Assembly: GCF_020745735.1 (NCBI RefSeq)
Contig: NW_026867487.1
Span: 4,667,239 to 4,731,238, forward strand
Source: Hemiscyllium ocellatum
Taxonomy: Eukaryota
Length of the DNA stretch: 64,000 bases
Reading direction: 5' to 3'
Both the position numbers and the translations under genes were made by a program. A model generated the notes under the pieces. That model had not been told where the DNA came from. It searched no databases and saw only the letters and a list, made by a program, of their open reading frames with translations. Shown one piece after another: positions 1 to 13,205 of the stretch (the first letter of the stretch is position 1; every line of letters starts with the position of its first letter).

Positions 1-76
1 GAGCGATGCTCCCGAAAGCTAATGTGCTTCCAATTAAACTTGTTGGACTATAACCTGGTGTCGTGTGATTTTTAAC
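1..76 (+). mobile_element. Penelope-type terminal fragment, cut by the window edge, carrying the 3' half of a hammerhead motif
   Basis: gagcgatgctcccgaaagcta...tgttggactataacctggtg matches the element at 13119-13205, which contains a complete hammerhead core. Confidence 0.55.
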
Positions 77-244
77 ATTAAGCAAGAATGAGTGAGTCTC
101 TCACTGCAACCCCCAGGTCATCTCCTCTGCCCTGAAGCTACTCTTTGCTACCTTTCTCCACCCTCCCCTCTGACCTATCACCTTCATCCCTACCCCTATT
201 TCTCCTGCCATCTCTGGGTTGGGAGTTGAGAGTGTGAGAAAGTG

Positions 245-335
245 TACGTGTGTGTGTGTGTCTTAAGTCTGTGGTGGGGTGCATGTGAGAGTGTGGGAGT
301 ATGTGTGTCTGTTAAGGGTATGTGTGGGTGTCTGG
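245..335. repeat. degenerate (TG)n microsatellite
   Basis: gtgtgtgtgtgtgtc and interrupted TG runs. Confidence 0.8.
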
Positions 336-1075
336 GATGCATTCCATCAGCGTCCGCAGACTTGTCTATCCTTAGATCCATTAGCTTTCCCAACACTACC
401 TCTTCCATAATGATTGTTTCCAGGTCCTCACCCAACTTCGTTTCTTTGTCAATTGCTGGCATGAAATAGAAAGTGCACTGGTGCTAATTTTCCAAAATTT
501 GCTGGACTCTGGGGCAGTCCCAGCAGATTGGAAAACAGCAAATGTGGTGCCACTGTTTAAAAAATGGAGGTAGACAAAAGATGGGAAATTATAGACCGGT
601 TAGCTTAACCTCTGTAGTCGGGGGAGATGCTTGTGTCTATTATTGGTGTCCTCCACTGTGAAGACTTTAACAAAATACCTGTTAAATGCCTCTGCCATTT
701 CATCATATCTCATAACTTAATGCCCCTTCTCATCCTTTAAAGGACCATCATTTACTTTCGCAACTCTTTTTCATTTGATATATTTATAGAAACTTGTGCT
801 GTCTGTCTTTATATTCTGTGCTTTTTTTCTCCCCTCCTGTTTTACCTGACCTTTTTTTTGTAGCTCTGTTTGTGGCTTTCTGTTGACCTTTTTAAAGTGT
901 TCCCAACCTACTAGTTTTATGCTGTTTTTGGCCACTTTGTATACCTTTTTTGATTTGACAGCCTCGCTTATTTCCTTAGACACCCGTGGCAGATTACCCC
1001 TTTCCTTACAGTCCTTCCTTTTCACTGGAGTATACTTTTGCTAAGCACTTTGAAAAATTGCTTTGAAAGTCCTGC
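335..1075. mobile_element. rearranged CR1-type LINE ORF2 fragments in both orientations
   Basis: minus-strand VLGKLMDLRIDKSADADGMHP (335-465); plus-strand ALVLIFQN..DWKTANVVPLF..GNYRPVSLTSVVG (466-625, one frameshift); minus ORF 771-1025 resembles the ORF2 linker. Confidence 0.7.
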
Positions 1076-1341
1076 ACTGAGGAAGGTGATATTGGACTGA
1101 GAGGGATTCCTCCAGGCCTGTCACTCCTGGCCTGCTTCCTAAAAGAGACAGTGGCAGTAAAACACAGAACAAAAATGTCCAAGTATCAGGTATACAAATG
1201 TTGAACACAATGTCCTCCTCATATCCATGCTGGTCATCAAGCACCTATTTATTCTGGTCTCATTTTCTGGCACTCAGCATGTGATCAACATTGTAGTGCC
1301 TTGTATGATTAGGTAAATGCTTCTTCAAGGTTAGAACATAG

Positions 1342-2450
1342 AACGTTACAGCGCAGTCCAGGCCCTCAATGTTGCGCCGATTTGTGGAACTGATCTGAAG
1401 CCCATCTAACCTACACTATTCCATTATCATCCATATGTTTATCCAATGACCATTTAAATCCCCTTGAACGTTGGTGAGTCTACTACTGTTGTAGGCAGGG
1501 CATTCCATGCCCTTACTACCCTCTGATGAAATAACCTACCTCTGACCTATATCTACCACCCTCCACTTAAAGCGATGTCCCTCATTCTAGTCATCACCAT
1601 CAGAGGAAAAAGGCTCTCGCTGTCCACCCTATCTAATCCTCTGGTCATCTTGTATGTCTCTATTAAGTCACCTCTTCACCTCCTTCTCTCTAACAAAAGC
1701 AGCCTAAAATCCCTTAGCCTTTCCTCATAAGACCTTTCCTCCATTCCAGGCAACCTTCTGGTAAATCTCCTCTGCATCCTTTCCAAGTGCTTCCGTATCC
1801 TTCCTATAATGCAGTGACCAGAACTGTATGCAATAGTCCAAGTTTAGCCACACCAGAGCTGCAACATGACCTCATAGCTCCAAAATTCAATCCCTCTGCC
1901 AATAATAGCTAACACACCGTACACCTTAACAACCCTGTCAACCTGGGTGGCAACTTTTGGGGATTTATGCACATGGACACAGATCTCTCTGCTCATCTAC
2001 ACGACCAAGAATCTTACCATTAGCCCAGTACTTTGTGTACTTGTTACTCCTTCTGAAGTGAATCACTTTACACTTTTCTGGATTAAACTCCATTTCCACT
2101 GCCAGTCCAGCTCTGCAACTTATCTATATCCCTCTGTAACCTGCAACATCCTTCCGCGCTGTCCACAACTCTACCGACTTTAGTGTCATCTGCACATTTA
2201 CTAACCCATCCTTCTACGCCTTCATCCAGGTCATTTATAAAACGACTAACAACAGTGGCCCCAAAACAATCTTGCGGTTTACCACTGGTAACTAAACTCT
2301 AAGATGAACATTTACCATCAGTCACCTTTCTTTCAGCCAGCCAATTTCTGATCCAAACTGCGAAATCACCCCTAGTCCCATGCTTCTGTATTTGCGCAAT
2401 AGCCTACCGTAGCGAACCTTAACAAATGCTTTACTGAAATCCATAAACAG
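1342..2450 (-). mobile_element. CR1-type LINE 3' fragment
   Basis: DFSKAF motif in ORF 2322-2522; tail-like agaacatagaac at the left end. Confidence 0.75.
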
Positions 2451-2454
2451 CACA

Positions 2455-5400
2455 TCAAAGAACAAAGAAAATTTACAGCCCAGGAACAGGCCCTTCGGCC
2501 CTCCAAGCCTGAGCTGATCCAATGTACTGTCTAAACCTGTCGGTCAATTCCTAAGCATCTGTACCCCTCTGCTCCCCACCTACTCATGCATCTGTCCAGA
2601 TGCATCTTAAATGAATCTACCGTGCCTGCCTCTACCACCTCTGCTGGCGACGCATTCCAAACGCCCACCACCCTCTGTGTGAAGTACTTGCTGTGTGTAT
2701 CCCCCTTAAACGTTCCACCTCTCACCTTGAAAGCATGACCTCTCATTATTGAATCATTCACCTTGGGGAAAAAGCTTGTCTCTATCCACCCTGTCCATAC
2801 CCTTCATGATTTTGTAAACCTCAATTTCCCTTAGGTTTATTTTCATTAGAAAACAAACCTGCTCAACCTCTCTTCATAGCTAGCACCTTCCATACCAGGC
2901 AACATCCTCGTAAACCTTCTCTGCACCCTCTCCAAAACGTCCACATCCCTTTGGTAATGTGGCGTCCAGAACTGTACGCAGTATTCTAAACGCGGCCGAA
3001 CCTATGTCTTGTACAATTTTACCATGGCTTACCAGCTCTTATACTCAATACCCCGTCCAATGAAGGCAAGTATACTATATATGCCTTCTTGACCACTCTA
3101 TTCACCTGTGCAGCAGCCTTCAGGGTACAATGGACCTGCACTCCCAGATCTCTCTGCCCATCAACTTTTCCCAAGGCTCTTCCATTCGTTGTATAATTCG
3201 CTCGAGAATTAGACTCGCCTAAATGCATCACCTCACATTTGTCTGGATTGAACACCATCTGACACTTTTCCACCCAACTCTCCAGTCTGTCTATATTCTC
3301 CTGTATTCTCTGACAGTCCCTTATGCTTCCTGCTCCTCCACCAATCTTTGTGTCATCTGTAAACTTGCTGATCATACCAACACTGCCCTCTTCTAGATCA
3401 TTTATGTATATTACAAACAACAGTGGCCCCAATACTGACCCCTGTGGGAACACCACTGGTCACCTTTCTCTATGTTGAGAAACTCCCTTCAACTGCTACT
3501 CTCTGTCTCCTGTTGCTCAACCAGTTCTTTATCCACTAGCTAGAACACGCTGCACACCATGTGACTTCACACTCTCCATGAGTCTACAATGGGGAACCTT
3601 ATCAAATGCCTTACTAAAATCCATGTATATGACATCAACAGCCCTTCCTTCATCTATCAACTTGGTCACTTCCTCGAAGAACTCTATCAATTTGGTAAGG
3701 CACGATCTCCCCCGCACGAAACCATATTGCCTATCACTGATAAGCTAATTCCTTTCCAAATATCAATAGATCCTATCCCTCAGTACCCTCTCCAACAACT
3801 TCCCTACCACCGACGTCAGGCTCGCTGGTCTGCAGTTACCCGGAATATCTCTACTACCCTTGTTGTACAGGGGGATAACATGAGCAATCTTCCAGTCCGC
3901 CGATAGCTCGCCTGTATTTCAGGATACCACAAAGATATCTGTCAGAGCCCCAGCTATTTCCACTCTTGCCTTCCTCAGCAACATGGGATAGATCCCATCC
4001 GGTCCTGGGGATTTGTCCACCTTAATAACCTCTAGCATACCCAACACATCTTCCCTACTTATGCCAACATGATCCAGACTAATCAAACTTCTATCTCTAA
4101 TCTCAAGATTCATCATGTTCCTCACCTCCGTGAACACTGATGCAAAGTAATCATTCAGAATCTCACCCATTCTCTCAGGTTTGTCACACCGCCTTCCTTC
4201 ATTATCTTTTAGTGGACCAATCCTTTCTCTAGTTACCCGCTTGCTTCTTATTTCAGAATAAGATGCTTTGGGATTTTCCTTAATTGTGCTTGCTAAAGCT
4301 ATTTCATGACTCCTTTTAGCCCGCTTGATTCCTTCTTTAAGACTTGTCTGACTCTTCCGATATTCCTTCAGCTGCCTAGACCTTATGTACACTTCCCTTT
4401 TCCGTAGTCGTACAATTTCTCCTGTCATCCATGGTTCACTAATCTTGCCTTCCTATCCTTTGCCTTCAACAGGACATGCCTATCCTGCACTGCCGTTAAG
4501 CTATCTTTGAAAGCTTCCCACATCTCTAATGTGGACTTCCCTTCAAATAGCTGCGTTCAATCCACAGTTTCCCAGCTCCTGCCTAATTTTGATATAATTG
4601 GCTTTGGCCCAGTTTAGCACTCTTCCCTTAGGGCTCCTCTCTTCTTTATCTACGAGTCTTATAAAATTTACAGAATTCTGGTCACTGTTCCCAAAGAAAT
4701 CCCCACCGCAACTTCTACCTGGCTCGTTCCCAGTACCAGGTCCAATATGGCCCCTTCCCTCGTCGGACTATTGACATACTGCTCTAGAAAACTCTCCTGG
4801 ATGCTTCGTACAAATTCTACTCCATCCAGACCTCTGCCGCTAAATGTATTCCAGTCAATGTTGGGAAAATCAAAATCTCCCATCACCACTACCCTATTGC
4901 CTCTACATCTATTTACCTACTTGTTCTTCTACCTCACGCACACTGTTGGGCTGTGTGTAATACACCCCAACAATGTAACTGCACCCTTCTTATTCCTCAG
5001 CTCCACCCATAATGCCTCAGTACCCAAGACCGCCATAGTGTCCTCCTTTAGCACAGCCATGATATCGTCCCTGACCAGCAATGCAACTCCACCCCCTCCT
5101 TTTTACTTCCCTCCCTGTCCTGTCTGAAGCGTCTATGTCCTGGAACATTTAGTTGCCAATCATCATGCCCTTCCTTCAACCAAGTGTCTGAGATGGCAAG
5201 AATGTTATACTCACAGGCACCAATCCAAGCCCTACGTTCATCTGCCTTACACACTATACATCCTTAAAGTAGATGCCACCAGTTCTTTTGTGCTCACCTG
5301 CTCTCTGCCTTTTCTTCCCTTGATTAATGTTATCTTCATAATTCTTACAGTCTCCATTCTCCACCTCCCTGCCTACTTGTTTTCTCTTCTGGTTCCCAGT

Positions 5401-5480
5401 CCCCTGCCACATCAGTTTAAAACCTCCACAATAGCAGTAGCAAAAACTCCCCCAAGGACACTGGGGGAGTTACCCTTACC
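2455..5480 (-). mobile_element. CR1-type LINE, most of ORF2 (APE endonuclease plus RT), frameshifted
   Basis: ORFs 5048-5254 (ILAISDTW) and 4668-4889 (VMGDFDFPNIDW, LDLVL) = APE; 3919-4428 (KSPGPDGIYP); 3529-3717 (DFSKAFDKVPH); 3019-3456 (PQGSVLGPLLFVIYINDL, FTDDT) = RT. Confidence 0.92.
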
Positions 5481-5499
5481 CTCATCCACCTGCTTGATC

Positions 5500-7600
5500 A
5501 CCTTCTGAAAGAACACAATAAGGTTTCTCATGTTGACTATCTCTAATCAAATTATTCCTTCCTCGATGATTACCAATCCTACCTCTTATAATCCTTTCCA
5601 ACGCTTTACCCATAACCGAAGCATCACTGGTCTGTAATTACCAGGGTTGTCTCTACTCCCCTTCTTGAACACGGGAACCAAACTTGCTGTCCTCCAGTCT
5701 TCTGGAACTATTCCTGTAGACAATGATGACATAAAGATCAAAGCCAAAGGCTCAGCAATCTCCTCCCTGGCTTCCCAAAGAATCCTAGGATAAATGCCAT
5801 CTGGCCTAAGGGACTTACCTATTTTGACTCTTTCAAGAATTGCTGACATATCCTCCTGATCAACCTTAATCCTGTCTAGTCTAGTAGCCTGTATCTCCGT
5901 ATTCTCCTCGACAACATTTTCTTTGCCTCTGTAAATGCTGACGAAAAATATTCACTTAGCGCCTCTCCTATCTCTTCGGACTCCACGCAAAACTTCCCAC
6001 TATTGACCTTGACAGGCTTGAACTCTTTCTTTTATTCCTGACATAGAAGAGAAAGCTTTAGGATTTTCTTTGATCCTACCTGCCAAAGACTTCTCATCTG
6101 CCCTTCTGGCTCTTCTTAGCTCTCTCTTTCTGTCCTTCCTGGCTAACTTGTAACACTCAAGCACCCTAACTGAGCCTTCATGTCTCATCTTTACGTAATC
6201 CTCCTCCTTCCTCTTGATAAGAGATTCACGTTCTCCCCATGTCTGCGTGGGTTTCCTCCGGGTGCTCCGGTTTCCTCCCACAGTCCAAAGATGTGCGGGT
6301 CAGGTGAATTGGCCATGCTAAATTGCCCGTAGTGTTAGGTAAGGGGTAAATGTAGGAGTATGGGTGGGTTGTGCTTCGGCGGGTCGGTGTGGACTTGTTG
6401 GGCCGAAGGGCCTGTTTCCACACTGTAAGTAATCTAATCTAATCCACGTCTTTAGTAAACCACGGTTCCGTCTCTTGACCACTTCCATCCTGCGTGACAC
6501 AGGCTCCACATTTCAATTGTGCCCAGGCCCTGCAGTTTCCTTTCCCATCCAATGCATCCTAAACCCAACTAATCACGTCAAAGTTGTTTTTCCCCCAGTT
6601 ATAATTCTTGACCTGTGGTATTTACCTATCCCTTTCCATTGCTAAAGTAAACACAACTGAACTGTGGTCACTATCACCAAAGTGCTCACCTATCTCCAAA
6701 TATAACACCTGCTCCTAGTACATTACCCAGTACCAAATCCAATATGGCTTTGCCTCTAGTTGGCTTATCTATATACTGTGTCAGGAAACCCTCATGTATA
6801 CATTGGACAAAAACTAACCTATCTATGGTACGCAAAATATGGTGTTTCCAATCAATATTAGGAAAGTTAAAATCCCCCATAACAACTACCGTGTTACTCT
6901 CGCTCCTATTGAGGATCATCTTTGCATCCTTTCCTCCACATCTCTGGAATTTTTCAGAGATTTTTGAAAACTCCCAACAGGGTGACCTGTCCATGCCTGT
7001 TTCTACCCCTCAGTCCATATTACCTCAGTAGATGAGTCCTCATCAAACGTCCTTTCTGCCACCATAATACTGTCCTTAACCAACAATGCCACCACCTCCT
7101 CTTTTCCCACCTTTCCTGTTGTCAGTGAAACATCAAAACCACAGAACTTGCAACAACTATTTCTGTGCCTGCTCTATCCATGTCTCCGAAATGGCCACAA
7201 CATCGAAGTCCCAGGTACCAACCCATGCTGCACATTCACCCACCTTATTCCAGATTCTTCTGGCATTGAAATAGACACATTTCAAACCACCTTCCTGCTT
7301 GCCGGTACACTCCTGTGACCTTGATACCTTATTCAGAACCTCAGAACTCTCAACCTCCTCTACTCTGGAGCTATAATTCAGGTTCCTCCTGCTGAATTAG
7401 TTTAAATCCTCCTGAAGAGCATGAGCAAACCTCCACCGCCCACCCGCCTCCCAAAGATATTGGTTTCCGTCTGGTTCAGGTGTAGACCATCCCATTTGTC
7501 GAGGTCCCACCTACCCCAGAATGAGCCCCATTTATCCCGGGTATCTGAATTCCTCCCTCCTGCACCATCTCTGTAGCCATGTGTTCAACTCCTCTCTCTC
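5500..7600 (-). mobile_element. second CR1-type LINE, 5' part of ORF2, interrupted by a SINE
   Basis: ORF 6686-6994 (VVVMGDFNFPNIDW, ILDLVLGN); ORF 5586-5849 (PDGIYPRILWE, PEDWRTA, PGNYRPV). Confidence 0.85.
6230..6444 (+). mobile_element. 5'-truncated HE1/V-SINE-like SINE nested in CR1
   Basis: core ttctccccatgtctgcgtgggtttcctccgggtgctccggtttcctcccaca, LINE-like tail ggccgaagggcctgtttcc, (TAATC)n end. Confidence 0.85.
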
Positions 7601-7829
7601 CCTATTCCTCACCTCACTAGCAGGTGGCACGGGTAACAAACCAGAGATAACAACTCTCTTTGTTCTAGCTCTAAGATTGTAATGATTCCTGCATCTGTCA
7701 CCATTTTAAGTACGGCCAGACCTGCTGAGCATCTCCCAGCATTTTCTGATTTTAATCTGGATTTCTGCCATTTTGCATAAGCACTTTGCATCATAGAGTT
7801 AGCAATCAAACAGACTCATTGGTCTAACT

Positions 7830-8350
7830 TTTCCATACTGACTGGCTCTATACTGATCTACTCCAATTAGCCAGCTTTGGCTTATATCCCCCTAAACACT
7901 CACTGTTCATGTACCCATCCAGATGCCTTTTAAATGTTGTAATTATCCGGGTCTCCTCTGCTCACTCATTTCATATGCAAATCATCCTCTGTGTGGAAAA
8001 AATTGCCCCTCTGGTCTCTTTCAAATCTTTCCCCTCCCACCTTCAACCTATACCCACTATTTTAAGCTCCCTTACCCCGGTGAAAAGGACGTTGGCTACT
8101 CACCCAATCCATGATCTGCATGCTTTTATAAACCTCAACAAGGTCATTCCTCAGCCCCTGTCACACCACGCAGCCTACTCAGCCTTTTCCCTGTAGCCCA
8201 ATTCTAAATCCCAGCAACAAATCTTTTCCGAATGTTTAAGTTTCACAATATCTTTCCTACCGCAGGGAGAGCAGAACTGCATCTTCCAAACCGAGCCTAA
8301 CCAGTGTCTAATGCCGCCACAACATGACTTCCCAACTCCTACAGGCAAGT
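7830..8350 (-). mobile_element. degenerate CR1 3' fragment
   Basis: similar to other CR1 3' ends in the window; KDIVKL motif in ORF 8175-8357. Confidence 0.6.
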
Positions 8351-8778
8351 ATTCCAAATACTGCTTTCACCACCCTGCCTACTTGCAACTCCACTTCCGA
8401 GGAACTGTGTACTTGGTCTTAGCCCTTGGGGTGGATTAAAGGGGTGGGGGGAGAAAACAGGAACAGGACTGAGTTGTGTAAAAGGTGTCTGCTTCATACC
8501 TGTCTCTCCCACCTTAATCACTCTCAGTTGTTTTCTGCAGTGATTGGTTTCCTTCCCTGAAGGACATTTATTAACCAGTTTGTTTTAATGAAATCCCAGC
8601 AGTTTCCCTCGGTATCATCTCCACAAATTGCTCTCTGTTTCATAGCTTGTGTTTTCCTCTAATTTCTCTTCATGCTTTTGTTTTGTGTTTGTGATTTGCA
8701 ATCGGAGACTTCAAATGAAACCACATCCGGATCTGACTCTCACTCTGTTTATCATAACCTAATGTTTTCCTCAGAATT

Positions 8779-9486
8779 TTGAACAAGCATTGTTCACAGC
8801 GGAAGAAACGCGCGTCGTCTGCATGTGGGAAAGCCTGTGAAGGTTCATCGGAAATGTCCAAACGCCACCACAATCACCCGAGGGAGAGGCGGTGGAAATG
8901 TGAGGATTGCGGGAAGGGATTTCTTTACCCATCCCAGCTGAAAACTCACCAACGCAGTCACACTGGGGAGAGCCCGTGGAAATGTGGGGATTGCGGGAGG
9001 GGATTTCTTTACCCATCAGAACTGGAAACTCACCACCGCAGTCACACTGGGGAGAAGCCGTTCACCTGCTCCGACTGTGGGATGGGATTCAGTCAGTCGT
9101 CCCACTTGCGAATACACCAACGGGTTCACACCGGAGAGAGACCGTTCGCCTGCTCCGTGTGCGGGAAAGCATTCGCTCAGTCGTCTGACCTGCGGATACA
9201 CCAGCGTGTTCACACTGGAGAGAGGCCATTCACTTGCTCCGACTGTGGGAAAGGATTCGCGTCTTCATCCAGCCTGCTGAAACATCAACGCATCCACACT
9301 GGGGAGAGACCTTTCACCTGTTCCGAATGTGGAAAAGGGTTCAATTACACATCGAAACTACTGATCCACCAGCGGATTCACACTGGGGAGAAACCATTCA
9401 CCTGTCCTGAATGTGGAAAAGGATTCAATCGCTCATGTAATCTGCAGATACACCAGCGCGTTCACACTGGGGAGAGACCATTCTGA
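8779..9486 (+). CDS. C2H2 (Kruppel-type) zinc-finger array with 7 intact fingers; probably a last exon, possibly decaying
   Basis: seven CxxC-x12-HxxxH units with TGE[K/R/S]P linkers; ORF opens on TTG, with candidate acceptor ttttcctcag ending at 8774 and an in-frame TAA at 8755-8757. Confidence 0.9.
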   Translation: MNKHCSQRKKRASSACGKACEGSSEMSKRHHNHPRERRWKCEDCGKGFLYPSQLKTHQRSHTGESPWKCGDCGRGFLYPSELETHHRSHTGEKPFTCSDCGMGFSQSSHLRIHQRVHTGERPFACSVCGKAFAQSSDLRIHQRVHTGERPFTCSDCGKGFASSSSLLKHQRIHTGERPFTCSECGKGFNYTSKLLIHQRIHTGEKPFTCPECGKGFNRSCNLQIHQRVHTGERPF

Positions 9487-9650
9487 TTGTGGGAAAGCAT
9501 TCAATTGCTCATCGAGACTGTTGATACACCAGCGAGTCCATACCAGAGAGAAAACCATTCAGCTGCCCTGAGTGATGGTGTGAAAGCATTCACTCAGTCA
9601 AGCATCCTGCTGAGACACCAGTCCATTTACTCCTGTGGAGAGACTGTTCA
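9487..9650 (+). pseudogene. two frameshifted zinc-finger remnants after the stop
   Basis: shifted frames read SDCGKAFNCSSRLLIHQRVHTREK, PFSCPE and KAFTQSSILLRHQ. Confidence 0.75.
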
Positions 9651-9705
9651 CTTGTTCTGTATCTGGGAAGAGATTTTGAACTATTAGCACGACAGTGAAG
9701 CTTAT

Positions 9706-10012
9706 GGGTGGTACAGTGGTTAGCACTGCTGCCTCACAGCACCAGTTCCCGCCTCTGGTTACTTTCGGTGTAGAGTTTGCACATTCTCCCCGTGTCTGCA
9801 TGGGTTTCCTCCGGCTGCTCCGGTTTCCTCCCACAATCCTAAAACATGCAGGTTAGGTGAATTGGCCACGCTAAATTGCCCATAGTATTAGGTGAAGGGG
9901 TAAATTTAGGGGAATGGGTCTGGGTGGTAATACGCTTCGGTGGGTCCATGTGGACTTGTTGAGCTGAAGGGCCTCTTTCCATACTGTAAGTAATCTAATG
10001 TAATCTAATCTA
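9706..10012 (+). mobile_element. near-full HE1/V-SINE-like SINE
   Basis: tRNA-like head ggtggtacagtggttagcactgctgcctcacagc, V-SINE-like core, (TAATC)n tail. Confidence 0.88.
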
Positions 10013-10299
10013 AGTGACACTGGGATCCTGTTCACCGCCTGTTCTGCTTGTGTCAACATCTTTGCGAGCACATCAGCAAATTCAAAAGAGCCATAGGTGA
10101 AGGGTTTTGCTTTTCCTCACATTTAAGGAATAAACCTTGGTCATTGAGCCATTTACATTCATATTATTAAACCCCCTGAACCATTTAAAGGGCTGATATT
10201 CTGGATGAATCATTGATGCAATTGTGTAGGATGGGTTTGAAAATAATCGCAATGTTACTCTATATCAACACAAGATTGTCCACCTGCACATTGTTTACA

Positions 10300-10860
10300 T
10301 AGGCGGCCGTTCGGCCCTTTGTGTCTGTTCCAGCATTCATCGCGATCATGGCTGATCATCCTACTCCTCCTTTCTCCCATAAACCTTGATCCCATTAGCC
10401 CCAAGTGCTGTATCTAGCTGCCTCTTGAATGCATTCAATGTTTTGGCATCAACTACTTCCTGTGCTAATGAATGCCACAGGCTCACCACTCTTTGGGTGC
10501 AGAAATGTCACCTCATCTCCAACCTAAACGGTCCACCCGGAATCCGCAGACTGTGGAAGCACCCACCATTGGAAATCTCTTCTCTGTCTAGTCCTCTTAG
10601 AATTTTATAAGTGTCTATTAGATCCACCCCCCCCCCCCCACATTCATCTGAACTCCTGTAAAAGCAATCCTAACCTAATTGATGTGTCCTTGTATGTCAG
10701 TCCAGCCATCCCAGGATCAGGCTGGTAAACCTTTGCTGCACTCCCGCGAGAGCACGAGCATCCTTCCTCAGAAAAAGCAACCAAAACTGCTCACAATATT
10801 CTCGGTGTGGCCTCACCATGACCCTGCATAACTGTAGTGACACGCCCCTGCTCCTGTATT
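10300..10860 (-). mobile_element. CR1 3' fragment
   Basis: ccgttcggcccttt tail motif and similarity to other CR1 3' ends. Confidence 0.6.
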
Positions 10861-11309
10861 ACTTGCAGCCTTTCTGAAGGGGTTTTGAAGTTCATCTGGA
10901 TTGTTTAAACAAAATGAGTTCCCTTTGTAACTGTCAATGTTGGGTGTTAACCCTTTTGATATTTAGATCCAGAAAGCATGGTTTAGATATATTTCTGATG
11001 ATATTTGTAAACGTCACAGGTTCAGTTACCTATTTGGGATATAAAATAGTACAACTTGTTAAAATAAGTTGCATCAGGTCTTATTTTCCCTACTTCTGAG
11101 TGCTTTAGAGATAAGCTAATCAGCACCCTTCACATGTACGGTTGGCAGAAAGAGCCTGAAAAGCTGCACGTTTAGTTACAAGTACTGTTGACAAGTATGG
11201 GAGAGCCAGAGAAAATGGACAAAGTGTAAGAAGAGAAGAATCAACGACTGACCAAGGAAGGCATCGACCTTTCAGACCAGTTCATGTACAAGGGAGTTAG
11301 GGTCGAGCC

Positions 11310-12290
11310 ATAGAGACGTACAGCACAGAAACAGACCCTTAGTGCAACTCGTCCATGCTGACCAGGTATCCTAACCTAATCTAGTCCCATTTGCCAGTAC
11401 CCGGCCCATATCCCTTCACACCCTTCCTATTCATATACCCATCCAAATGCCTCTTAAATGTTGCAATTGTACCAGCCTCCACCACTTCCTCTGACAGCCC
11501 ATTCCATACTCGTACCACCCTCTGTGAGAAAAAGTTGCCCCTTAGGTTTCGGGTGAGAGTGGAAAGATATATAAAAAAAACCTATGCCCTCTAGTTCTGG
11601 ACTCTCTGACCCCAGGGAAAAGACTTTGCCTATTTATCCTATCCATGCCCCTCATAATTTTGCCAACCTCTATAAGATCACCCCTCAGCCTCTGACGCTC
11701 CAGGGAAAACAATCCCAGTCTGTTCAGCCTCGCCCTGTAGTTCAAATCCTCCAACCCTGGCAACATCTTTGTAACTCTTTTCTGAACCCTTTCAATTTTC
11801 ACAACATCTTTTCGATAGGAAGGAGACCATAATTGCATGCAATATTCCAACAGTGGCCTAACCAATTGCCTGTACAGCCGCAACATGACCTCCCAACTCC
11901 TGTACCCAATACTCTGACCAATAAAAGAAAGCATACCAAACGCCTTCTTCACTATCCTATCTACCTGTGACTGCACTTTCAAGGAGCTATAAACCTGCTC
12001 TCCAAGGGCTCTTTGTTCAGCAACGCTCCCTAGGACCTTACCATTAAGTGTATAAGTCCTGCTAAGATTGCTTTCCCAAAATGCAGCACCTTGCATTTAT
12101 CTAAATTAAATACTTGGCCCATATCCCTCTAAATCCTTCCTATTCATACACCCATCCAGATGCCTGTTAAATGCTGTAATTGTACCAGCCACCACCACTC
12201 CCTCTGGCAACTTATTCCATACACACACTACCCTCTGCATGCAAAAGTTGCCACATCGGTCCTTCTTTTATATCTTTCCCCTCTCGCCCT
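11310..12290 (-). mobile_element. CR1 3' ORF2 fragments
   Basis: ORF 11542-12096 (RPLLEYCMQLWSP, IERVQKR, LFSLERQRLRGDLIEV, SRTRGH). Confidence 0.85.
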
Positions 12291-13118
12291 AAAGCTGGTT
12301 TGACATGGTTGAATTGCACTGATTTTAACACTTGCGGTTTAATGAACAAAGCAGATGAGTTGAGGACACAAATTAAAAATGGGGTGTGATGACTGAGACA
12401 TTGTTGAGGTTGAGGCAGGGTTTGAAGATCACTATCCAGGAAACGGGATATTCCTGTGAGACAGCGAAGGAGGCAAAAGAAGAGGTGTCTCTGTTTGTTA
12501 CATTTAGGGAATGTTAGACTGCCTGTAACTGAGTAGTACAAACTGGATTGTTATGACTGGCCAAACTGAGTAGCATAAGATGGCTGCACACAACTATTGC
12601 TGACAGCAGGATTTTATTGAGGTGGCCATTAATTGCATTTGACTCTGTAAGCCATAGAGAAAACAATTAACATTTGCAGCTAACACCAAAGGTGACTACA
12701 TTAGACACATGACAATAGGTGCAGGAGTAGGCCATTCGGCCCTTCAAACCAGCACCACCATTCATTGTGATCATAGCTGATCATCCAAAATCAGTATCCT
12801 GTTCCTGCCTTATCCCATAACCCCAAAACACGTTCTTAGTCCACTAAAGGATTCAAACCAGACCACAACAGTTTACAGTTAAGCAGGCATAGCACAAACG
12901 GTTAATTCTCTTTTTCTCTCTCCCACTGTCTCTCGTTTAAGATATGAGAATCTGTTAGACCTCACGGCATTTTTGAAAATGATCCAAATGATCAATATTC
13001 TTTTGTTTTCCCTATAATGAGAAATTTCTAATTAATTGGCAGTTTCAGAAAATGTTTAGCAATGACGACTGTCAGAGTAACATGATTTGGAGATGCTGGT
13101 GTTGAACTGGGGTGGAAT

Positions 13119-13153
13119 CACCTGATGAAGGAGCATTGTTCCGAAAGCTAGTG
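13119..13153 (+). ncRNA. minimal type I hammerhead ribozyme motif (family 2) in a Penelope-type terminus
   Basis: cac-CTGATGA-a-ggagc att gttcc-GAAA-g-CTA-gtg: stem I cac/gtg, 5-bp stem II, palindromic AGCT stem III. Confidence 0.7.
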
Positions 13154-13205
13154 TGCTTCCAATTCAACCTGTTGGACTATAACCTGGTGTTGTGAGATTT
13201 TTAAC

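Noticed and set aside
9706-9780. tRNA-like sequence
   Set aside because: It is the tRNA-derived head of a SINE followed by SINE core and tail, not a tRNA gene.
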